64,000 nucleotides of DNA, taken from the NCBI RefSeq assembly GCF_006345805.1, contig NC_043008.1, forward strand, positions 52,700,001 to 52,764,000, written 5' to 3'. Each line of letters begins with the position of its first letter. Position 1 is the first letter of the stretch. The notes beneath the pieces are model-generated. The model ran no database searches, was not told the origin of the DNA, and saw nothing but the letters and a program-made list of their open reading frames with translations. Of the stretch, positions 40,101 to 51,176 are shown one piece after another. Source of the stretch: Octopus sinensis. Taxonomy: Eukaryota. The translations under genes and the position numbers were made by a program.

Positions 40101-40745
40101 CATTGAGCTATGAAAATCATTAAAAAATAAATAAATATAGTTAATATTTTTACAATTCCATCAGTCGTGCAACAGCTATAAAAGAAATGTATCAATAATG
40201 ATTAGCATATATAAATAAACAGAAAATATTTTACAGGTTATATTAATGTTAAACAACGTAGCAGAGCAGTTTGATATTTGAAAAAATAGTACTGGAATAA
40301 ATAGATATATAAGCGTATATGAAAAAAAATTTGGAATGCATCAAAGACAGAAAATATTTTGTAGATGAAGGTGAAGGACACTTTAGTGAAGAGCTGCATC
40401 ATGTCATTTACCTGACATAATTTACTTGCTACATTTCAGTGGATAAAATATTTTCATAACTATCAACACCCACTCACACAGCAAAAAAAAATAAAAACGC
40501 ACAGTGGCTTGCATTGGCAAAGATTCTACAGTGAAAGTCATCAGTTTGGTTAAGTTTGTAATGCCATAGTGGGAAGAGGCATCTGAAATTTTGGAGTTGT
40601 TCCTTCGTCAGAGAAGAAAGCAATTTTTCATGTTGGAAAAACTCTCAGCTGAATTATCAGCTTAAATAGATCATTCCTTTTCTCCCTAAGGTATACAAAC
40701 TTATTTAAACTGATGAAATTCACTACATACACACGTTTATATATA

Positions 40746-40806
<61 letters not shown>

Positions 40807-41026
40807 ATGTATATGTCACTCATCCTCTCTTTCTCTTTGTATGTTTGTCATCATGTCCTTTACTCTCTGAAAAAGGACTAATGTCCAAAATGTCAATATA
40901 CTCCAAGTGTATCTATGTACTAAATTTAATAGTGTAGTCATCATACTCTGTTCTTTCCTAGGCCATTTTAACTGTTTTTTGATAAATATATTGTGTATTT
41001 AATTTTATATATATATATATATATAT

Positions 41027-41184
41027 TACACTCACGGAGTGGTTGGCATTAGGAAGGGCATCCAGCTGTAGAAACACTGCCAAATCAGACTGGAGCCTGG
41101 TGCAGCCTCCATGGCTTCCAGACCCCGGTCGAACCACCCAACCCATGCTAGCATGGAAAGCGGACACTAAATGATGATGATGAT
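41027..41184 (+). mobile_element. SINE-like family R, 5'-truncated, starting at (TA)n
   Basis: Matches the 3' half of 2267-2583 and 63218-63538, including the CCATGCTAGCATGG tail. Confidence 0.85.
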
Positions 41185-41841
41185 ATTACATTGTTATATC
41201 AGAAATGTTTTAGCTATTTTAATTTTATAGCCAAGTTGGAGGGACTACCAACAAAGAAATCATTTAATTTTCTTTGACAAAATTATTGAAAGTTTTGTTT
41301 AGAATAAGCAATTTTATATTGTGTGACTGCATTCTTTTCAATATTTACAATACAGACACAGATTCTGCAGAGCTTTTATTTTCTTTAATGAATTTTAAAT
41401 ATATGGTAAATTGGAAAATCAGCAACATTTCATTAAAGAATGTCGTTTACTTTGTTTGGGACCTTTATGGTGGAAGGAGGCGGGTGTATGAGATACAAGA
41501 TATACTGCAGTAACAAAAAGAATTACCAGAACATTGTTTTGTAAAAGAAATCTAAGCCCCTTCTCTATACATATATATATTTATTATTCTTTTACAAGCA
41601 GGGTGAGGTGACTTTGATGATTCAACTTACTAGCTTTTGTTGGCGTTACTGTCACTCCTTTTCTTGTAAAAATGTACTAAATATGCACTCTGTTGAGTAA
41701 TTTTTCAGTTTAATGTTAAATTGTGTTTTTATAACTTGTCATTAAAACAAACATTAACACACACACACACCTCGTAAAAAAATGTTTATAAATGGTGCAG
41801 AAATGTTGAATAGATTTTAGATGTGGATATATATATATATC

Positions 41842-42023
41842 CACGCCATGATAGATCGTTAGCTCCTACACGCATTTTTTTCTGTGTATCTTTCTGTCGA
41901 AGAGCGTAGGCTCAAAACATAAAAGACTTTTTCTATTTCTATTCCTGAGCGCTATACTAATACATTTGTTTGTTTCTACTCCACCTGCCTTTGTATTTTG
42001 TTTATTTTCATAAACTTTCCCTT

Positions 42024-42026
<3 letters not shown>
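41842..42026 (+). mobile_element. (TA)n-flanked short element with a decayed hammerhead-like motif
   Basis: Non-microsatellite 185-bp insert between TA runs, containing tctttctg-TCGAAGA-gcgtaggctc-AAAAC-ATA-aaaga. Confidence 0.45.
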
Positions 42027-42086
<60 letters not shown>

Positions 42087-42815
42087 TCATCATCATATCT
42101 ACAATTTGAGAAAATTATAGCTTCTGACTTGTATGTGAAATCTGTTAACTTTTTATCTTCATTAATGACTCATACAGAGAATTCTTTGAAATAAATGTTC
42201 CCTCTATCCAAAACTGAATAGAAATAATCTCAAACGTGTGCAAAAAATAAAATGCATATATTTCAGAGTAGTTTTTCATATTTTCTGGAACAGAAACTTA
42301 ACAATTATTAAAAGACTACAAAAGTAAACTTTACTATTCATGAGATGGTCATTTACAAAGACTCTGAAAGTTGATGAATAGTACCCCCCCCCACACACAC
42401 ACACACACAGACGTGCTAGAAAAAAAAAGTTACTTTATAATTAAGGCAAAGACTGTAATATTTTGAGTAAATTTTTTTGCTACTTTCAGCATTGGAAATA
42501 TAGTTGCTCTAATTATAGAAATATAACTATTGAATAAACCACTTCAGATTTTGATTTTTTTTTCTTGCCCTTCCTATTTGACTTACATTTTCTTTCAAAG
42601 ACATGACAATGTAACAAAAAAAAAATACTTCATTATTTGTTTTAGAACTCCCACAAAAATAATTCCATTAATAAGGACAAAAAAAAATACAGTATACTAC
42701 TAAAGTTTTCTATTGTAAGCATTGTTTTTTACTGTTATTTATATATGGCAGTCCATCCTAAAAAAACAGCGATACTCCAAACTTGCACATGTTGAGTTTA
42801 GCATTTAACAGTATA

Positions 42816-43185
42816 CACTACCGTCAGAAATTAATTAGCACCCTTGATTTGCTCTTCACTCAAGGTATGTGCTGTCACCTAGTGGCCATATCTCGAACTA
42901 TTGCTTTGTTGCGAGTTCACTGTTGCGCAGAACGATGACGTAACTTTGTTTGCAGAGCAGTTTGAGAGTCTACAGCCTTATGATGTTGACATAGCAGTGC
43001 AACAACAACTTGGAGTGCGGATGCAGACATCTTCCTTTGTTAAAGATATAGGTAGCGCCTCGCAAGGACCGAAATCACACCATACTAAGTTTTCTCATCG
43101 CGTAAGATGTTTTGAACAGCTCATAGGTTAATTGATTTAACCTATTTAATGTAATTTGAGAAGTGCTATTAATTTCTGACGCAAG
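42816..43185. mobile_element. Tc1/mariner-type MITE (~370 bp)
   Basis: TA|cactaccgtcagaaattaattagcac ... gtgctattaatttctgacgcaag|TA: imperfect ~25-bp TIRs with TA duplication. Confidence 0.7.
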
Positions 43186-44227
43186 TATATTTCCACTTAT
43201 GTATTTCTTTAAAGCATTGTCTCTGAATAATCTTGTAAAATTTCTACAGGAGTATGTAGTAGCTCTCATGTTGATTCCAGTTGATCAATCAACAGAACTA
43301 CCTTTGAATTACAGTGTATATGGTTGAGTATTCCATAAACCTATGTACCCTTAAGTAATCTTTAAACAGAATCATGACAGTGTCTTGTAACAAGACTGGT
43401 CCTTTGAATTTTAGATGCAGACCATCCATCAGGCTTGCACACAGTTGGGATAACTCAAGGACATGATAATAGACACTTGCCCAAGGTGCCACACAGAAGA
43501 ACCAAATGCAAAACCTGGTGATTGTGAAGCAAATTTCTAAACCATTTGGCCTCTGCAACATGAAATTATTACCTTACTGAGTGAATGGGGTTGGATAGTC
43601 AGTGCTGTCTGTGCATATGGGTACACTGGGCAATTGTCAAGGGGCCTCAAGGGTCTGGGAGCTCAATTCTAATCTGTGAGATGTGGCTTGCTGTCAATAA
43701 ATAAATACTATAGGACCAAGTGCATTGATTTGGCTGTAGGAAGGGGGCTATCATGATGCTAAAAAAGGACAGCAGACAACACTTATATTGTCAACTTAAA
43801 CATAAAATCAGCAACACTTTAGAATTGATCAGTGTTTCATTTGCTTGCCAAACTGGGTTCAAATCTTCTCATCAAAAAGGTATTGAAATGAGTATGGTTC
43901 ATTTTGCTGGTTCAGAAAAGATACACTATGAACAGATACAAAGGTACACCTTTTTGACTTTTTAAGAAAATGGTATACCATCTATCTCTTGTCAAGTCTT
44001 TAAAGTAGTCTCCCAACAATTAAATGGATTAGGGAACTGACATTGCTTAATCCGTGAAAGAAGGAAAACAAAGAAAAAAAAGACCAGCAATAAAAGAGTA
44101 AATACTACTACAGGTCACACATTGACAGGTAAATTGATAAAATATATCTTAATAATTTTCAGACTAAACACTATATAAACATATATAGGTGTAAAATCTC
44201 AAGAAGAGATCAGAGTATTAACTATAC

Positions 44228-44927
44228 TAACAAGTAAAGTTAATCGCCACATCAAAGTGGTTGTTCCATCTTACTACTAGTTTAACCCCAGGCAGATCTT
44301 CCACCAGCTGGTTATCGGTGCGGCACTAGAGGATGGTAGAGGTTCGTTCCTCCTGCTAGCAACATATATCGTACATACAAGCTGCAGCGCCACACCTATA
44401 ACCAGCTAGCAGAAGGTCTGTCTGAGGTTAAACTAGTAGTAGTAACATGGAACAGCCATTTTGATGTCGTGATTACTTGTTAAATATATATATTTAGTGA
44501 TTTAGTGTATGTAGTTAGATATGGTTATATATAATTAGGTATATGTGTATGGGTGTATATATAGTTTATTATTATATTATTATTATTTTTTTGTTTTGTT
44601 TTATATTTTATATTTTATATTTTATATTTAATTGTTGATAGGTTTATTTTAGTTTATATATTGTTTATATATTGATTATATATGGATTATATATAAGTTA
44701 TATATGGATTATATTTTTATATTTTTTCATTCATACTTTAATTATTTTAAAATTATTATTTTTATATTTTAAAATATTGATATTTTAGATTGGAAGTCCA
44801 CCTGAAGATTGTCGATCAAGACAAGAAACAATTGTAGTGGCGGTTTTTTTGACTATTTATTAAAATTTTATGTATTGATTAAGTCTTTCCTTGTTTGTTT
44901 TGCAAAATAGTGGTTTTGTCTCTAATA

Positions 44928-44935
<8 letters not shown>
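44228..44935 (+). mobile_element. Hairpin + AT-rich spacer + hammerhead + (TA)n element (Penelope-like candidate)
   Basis: Imperfect inverted arms 44228-44328/44386-44482, an AT-rich stretch, a hammerhead at 44798-44840, and a tail running into (TA)n near 44935. Confidence 0.6.
44798..44840 (+). ncRNA. Minimal type I hammerhead ribozyme with palindromic stem III
   Basis: CCAC-CTGAAGA-TTGTC-gatcaa-GACAA-GAAA-CAATTG-TA/GTGG. The core is intact, stem I is 4 bp, stem II is 5 bp, stem III is palindromic ACAATTGT. Predicted cleavage after 44836. Confidence 0.8.
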
Positions 44936-44973
<38 letters not shown>

Positions 44974-47856
44974 ATATAATCATTATCATCTTAATGTCCA
45001 CTTTTCCATGCTTGCATGAGTCAGATGGAATTCACTGAAGCAGATTTCTTATGGCTGAATGCACTTCCCATTGCCAAAACTCAACTGTTTCCAAACGAAG
45101 GTAATATTTCTCCATGGCTGGACATGTTTCCATAGAAAATTGGAAATAAAGGATAATACTTATTTGACAGTGTTACCTATTTACAACTGTGACACAATGT
45201 CAAGAACAGGAAACACAAAGACAACACACCTGCCCAACCACACACACATATACACATGCACGCAGCAGGATTCTTTCCATCCACCAAATCCACTCACAAA
45301 GATTTCGTCGGCATAATACTATAGTAGAAAACACTTGCCCACAGAATCTGAATTCTGAAACCAAGTGGTTGAGAAGCAAACTTTTTGCCATGCCTATGCA
45401 ATTTATATATATTACATATATATATATATATGTCAATCGAAGTGTACAGTATTATATACCTATTACAAGTGATTTGTATACTTCAATTAATATACCCATT
45501 CTACTGACAAATACATAAGTGTATATGTTTTTCTAACCTATGAATTCTTGGGCAGTGTGTGTGTATGTGTGTCATTTCAATCTATAACAATAGTAAATAT
45601 AATTCCAAGGATTCGAAAAGAAGTATGGGCATCTGAACATAAAAAGACAGAATGATATTTAGGTTACTGTGAGCAGAATTCGCAAACTGAAGAGTTTTGC
45701 CCAACATGTTAAGGCATATATTTATTTTAGTGAATCTATGTAAACATAACATAATAAACTTTAAAATTCCAAGTAATGAAACAATTCAGGTATGAAAAGG
45801 GGAGAAAAAAAAAAGCAAAGATATATATATATTTTTTTTAATGAAAATGAAATAAGAACCAAAACCAAGAAAATCAAACAAGAAAGCATAAAATATTGGT
45901 AGAGGGAATCTCTAATGTATTTTAATAGCATGTCACTTCCTGTTTAAATAGGTTAGATATCTACCTAAGCTAAATAAATATCAGAGAAAGGAAATGAGAA
46001 ATGAATACTCTTCAGAGAAGGAGAAATCCTTTGGTGAAAGAACAAAAAATGGTGTTATTAGAAAGAGGTTTGTGATGATAAAGGTTATTAATGGATTGCA
46101 GATAAAAAAAGGTAGAAGGTAACACACAATAAAGTTCTTCAGACTACTCAGCTATAAACAATGAGGTAAGCGTCAAGCTCAGATACTATACTACTGATTC
46201 ATACATAGTAAATCCTATTTGAAATAAATAATATAATCTAGCTAAAAATCTACTCTAACCAAATAAATGTCATGGGGATCAGAATTAGATAACCTTTGAC
46301 AGATAACGTGTTGATTGGAAGGCAGAGAACTGGCAGAAATGTTAGCACACCAGGCAAAATGCTTAGCAGTATTTTGTCTGTGTTTATATTCTGAGTTCAA
46401 ATTCCGCTGCAGTCAACTTTGCCTTTCATCCTTTCGGGGTCGATAAATTATGTACCAGTTGTGTACTAGGGTAGATCTAACTGACTGCCCCCTTCCCCAA
46501 AAATTTCAAGCCTTGTGCCTAGAGTAGAAAGAAACATGTGTCAACTGGTGAAAACTCTAACAAAAATATCAAGAGAGTGTCTAAAGGGAGGATAAGACTC
46601 CAATAACTAATTAAGAAAATAAATAATTAAAAACCTACAGATACAGATTTATAGGCACAGGGATGATTGTGTGGTAAGAAGCTTGCTTCTCAACTACATA
46701 GTTTGGGTTCAGTCCCACCGTCTGACACCTTAGACAAATGTCTTCTATTATAACCCTGGGACGACCCAAAGACTTGTAAGTGGATTTGGTAGAGGAAAAA
46801 AAATCTAAAAGAAGGCCATGGTGAGTGTGTGTTTGTCCACTATCACTTGACAACTGGTGCTGGGATGTTTACATCCCTGTACCTTTGTAGTTTGGCAGAA
46901 AAAGATTTATAGAATAAGTATGTCATGATGCATCTAAACAATTTGTGACATCATAGCAAAATCCATATCTGGAATCACATTTATACATCCATTGCAAATA
47001 GATGCAGCTTCTTTTTTAATCCTTTCCTTCAAATTCATACATGAAAATTGAGAGGAAAGACGATCATTACTGTTATTACTATTGTTATTGCCTTCATAGT
47101 AAATAAGGCTTTTCTCTTTCTTACTTTGAAAATTTTCATGACGATAATATCGCAAGTCCTACTAGTAAAATCTCTCAGAAAGTGCAATGATTAAACTAGT
47201 GACTAGTAGCTACGCAACATGCAATCAACCAAGCTGCAGGACATGCTTTGCAGCAAAATAAGTTACCTAATTAGATTTGGGGCATCATACAAATTTAATT
47301 AGTAACTATATGATACACCTTAATTAAGAAGAGTATACTGATTTTATAATGCGTGTTCTAATATCCTATAATTAACAATGTTATCAGAATGGTTCGAGTG
47401 AAGCTACAATGGAAACAGCATGAAATCTAAGATAAAATACAATAACAACAATAAAGTTACATTATATTGAATACAACAGTAAAAGCAAATACATTTTAAA
47501 GTATGTCAGTCTCTCTTTAAATGAGTTTCTGTATTGCTATTATACAGTTTCTGTTGTTCATCTCAGGCCAGCTTTGCTGGAGCAGACATGATGCCGGTTG
47601 ATCTAGGTGTGATAATCTCATATTATGAAGGAGAAAATACATTTGTCCCTTTTTTTTTTTTTTATAAAATTTTATTTTAGTGATGTTAGAGCTATGCAGC
47701 AAAGAGTGAATACTGAAGTTACTTAGAAATGTATAACTCTGTTTAATGATGTACTGTCGCCTCTTTACTACTACTTCTACTACTACAATGGTCTCAGCTC
47801 TTCTGAACTAGCTTATATATCACCTCTATAAAAAGGCCTACCTGACACACTATCTT

Positions 47857-48082
47857 ATTTCTGCCCACAAGGGGCTACACACAGAGAGGACAAACAAGGA
47901 CAGACAAACGGATTAAGTTGATTATATCAACCCAAGTGCATAACTGGTACTTATTTAATCGACCCCGAAAGGATGAAAGGCAAAGTCGACCCCGGCAGAA
48001 TTTGAACTCAGAATGTAACAGCAGATAAAATAACGCTAAGCATTTCACCCGGCGTGCTAACGTTTCTGCCAGCTCACCGCCT
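47857..48082 (-). mobile_element. SINE family D with 18-bp TSD
   Basis: TACCTGACACACTATCTT at 47839-47856 and 48083-48100. Confidence 0.9.
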
Positions 48083-48841
48083 TACCTGACACACTATCTT
48101 TAGTCACTCATACAGCATTTCAGCCAAACCCTCTTCCCCCACTCACATTAAATATTATTTCTCATTAACAATATATTCAACCTAAGCATTTACTATATTG
48201 ATTTCACCTATCTTGGAGGGTCTGTAAAGGTCATATGCACTGCTTATTCTTCTATTTGATTAGGCAATTCAACGAAAACCACAGAACTGGTCCCTGCTAA
48301 CAATGGAATTTCAAAACTGAATATACCATTTGATTTTATCATGTAAAAAGGTAATCAGCTTAAAAAAAACAAACAAACAAAAAAAAAAACCTCATCTGTT
48401 TAGATTTATATATAAAATGTCACATATGTACAATGAAATGTTATGATACATAAGAGCTTACACTGAAGTTAAATCACATCATTGATTTTTATATCCACTT
48501 TCTCCATGCTGACATGGGTCAGACGAGATTTTTCATTTTCTAGCCAGATGCCCTTCCTGATGCGAATGCTTACTTGTTTTCCAAATACCTTTGTCCATTG
48601 AACTTTAACTGGACTTTTCACTTATATGAAACATATATGTTGCTGTTGTTTCAATGGTGTCAATGTGAAGACACACACAGGGGAACAAACTCCCAAACAT
48701 ATGAGCATGAGGGCGTGTGCATATATGTATATATAGATATATGTGAGTGTGTCTATACATTTATGTTTGTCGTGTGCATGTGTGTGTGAAGACACATGGC
48801 TTAGTGGTTAGGGTGTTGCACTCACGATTGCAAGATTGTGG

Positions 48842-49096
48842 CAGCAAGCTGGCAGAAACATTAGCGCAGTGTGTGAAATGCTTAGTGGTATTTCATCTGC
48901 CATTACGTTCTGAGTTCAAATTCCACCGGGGTCAACTTTACCTTTCATCCTTTCGGGGTCAACTTTGCCTTTCATCCTTTTGGGGTCGATAAATTAAGTA
49001 CCAGTTATGCACTGGGGTTGATGTAATCGACTTCATCCATTTGCCTCTCCTTGTTTGTCCCCTCTATGTTTAGCCCCTTGTGGGCAATAAAGAAAT
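48842..49096 (+). mobile_element. SINE family D nested in the head of a family B SINE
   Basis: 10-bp TSD AAGATTGTGG at 48832-48841 and 49097-49106. Internal duplication of the gggtcaacttt..tttcatccttt segment. Confidence 0.88.
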
Positions 49097-50923
49097 AAGA
49101 TTGTGGTTTCAGTTCCTCGACCAGGTGGTGAGTTGTGTTCTTGAGCAAAACACTTCATCACACGTTGCTCTGCGATAAAGCCAACACCTGACACATGATA
49201 CACGATGCACCCATTCAGGTAACGTCAATTTAATGGAAGGACTCAGTTAATGTACAGCCCATACATTTGATCACTATAAACAAAATCATGAGTGAAGGTC
49301 ATTCAGCAACAGCTGAACACTCATAATTTTTCTTCAGTTTCTTTCTCAACAATCCAATGTTTTTATCCATTTGTTTCTCATTGCTTATAGTATTGACTAA
49401 ACTATAAATACATTTCCAAGTTTGAAACATTTTCATTTGCCCATATCTTAAAACTTCTCCTCTCCTCCCCTGCCTTCTTACTCCTTCTTGCGTAGGACAT
49501 ATCTGTCACATAGAAGTATCTAAATTCTAGTAGGCTGCCGAGCTATCTTAGATTTGATACCTGGTTAGAAATATTTCATTCTGTTTATGTTGTTTATAAT
49601 AAGGCATCATGCTGGGAGAAAGCAAAACATTCCATGAGCTTTTCATTTGCTAAAATTCCAAAATAAATGTGTTTATAATTCCTCAGTTTCTCCCATTCCA
49701 CAGGTAAATGGTTAATTTATATTAAATGGAGAATAATATTGAAAATATTTATAATTGCATTATTTCACACACGTAATTTATGTGTGTCCATGTGTGTGAA
49801 TGTATGTATGCATGCATGTATGTATATATGTGTATGTATGTATGTATATATATATATATATACACATACATGCACAACACCAAACAGATACACATCTAGA
49901 TAAGCAGACATACATATACACATATGCATATGTAATGCATGCATGCGCACGTGTGTGTGTGTGTGTGCTTACCTGCATGCCTTTGAATTCATGCATCATA
50001 ATGCGAAAAACTAACTAAACCAGGTGTTGAAAGAGTTCATGGATTGTGATGATGCTAAATGGATCACATTTAAGAAAATAGGAAAAAGATCAGGAAGTAT
50101 AACTTGAATGAGTAATAAAGATCCAATTTTCAATATATACTTATCACTAAAATAACAAACCCCAAACCCCACCATTCCATCCTGCTGTGAAAATATCAAT
50201 GCTCACAGATCAATATAAGAAGAAAGTCTTCAAATTGATGTTCACTATATGCACAGTCACACTTCAGTGAATACATTAGGAAAAGTGTGTCAATAACTGC
50301 AACAGACAGCAGAAACGGATAAGCTTGTGATTACATGTATTGCTTCAATGTGCTTGCACTCACTGAATAAACTGTTTCACCTAGTAATAAGCAATTATCC
50401 CCTAATTAGCTGTCACCAAATTCTGATACAGGAATTTGGTATTACTTGAGAAGGTGCTAAGAACAAAGAGAAAAAAAAAAGGTGGGGAGCTGTGTGGTTA
50501 GGAAACTTTCTTGACAGCTACACTACATATCAGGTTCAAGTGTACCTGTATTACACAGGTGTGGTGCTGAAAGAGGCATGGCTGTGTGGCAAGACGTTTA
50601 CTTCCCAATCACATGGTTCTGGTTTCAATCCCACTGCATGGCACCTTGGGCATGTGTCTACTATAGTCCCAGGCCAACCAAAGCCTTGTAAGTGGATTTG
50701 GTGGACAAAAAGTGAAAGGAGCCCATCATATGTATGTATGTGCATGCGTAAGTACATATATATATATATATATATATATAAGAGAGATAATGGTGTCATT
50801 GAGACCCAAAAGTGTCAGGTAATGCTGGATAAGTGCTATAGACAGACTATAGTTAAGTTCCAGATTCGGTAATATTGCGAATAAAGGGTTCAACATTGGT
50901 TCTATGTCAGCATGTGTATATAT

Positions 50924-51041
50924 GAATTTTTTGCGTAATGAGATAAAAAAAACCAAGGTTGCATAGATATTAGAGCTTCTATCTATAAATGCTCTAATAT
51001 CTATGCAGCCTTGATTTTTTGTCTCATTATGCAAAATATTC
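50924..51041. repeat. Hairpin (~52-bp arms, 14-nt loop) in a (TA)n-flanked insert
   Basis: gaattttttgcgtaatgaga...catagatattagagc pairs with gctctaatatctatg...tctcattatgcaaaatattc. Confidence 0.85.
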
Positions 51042-51091
51042 TTATATATATATATATATATATATATTGACACACATGTACACATATATAC

Positions 51092-51138
<47 letters not shown>

Positions 51139-51143
51139 TACAC

Positions 51144-51176
<33 letters not shown>

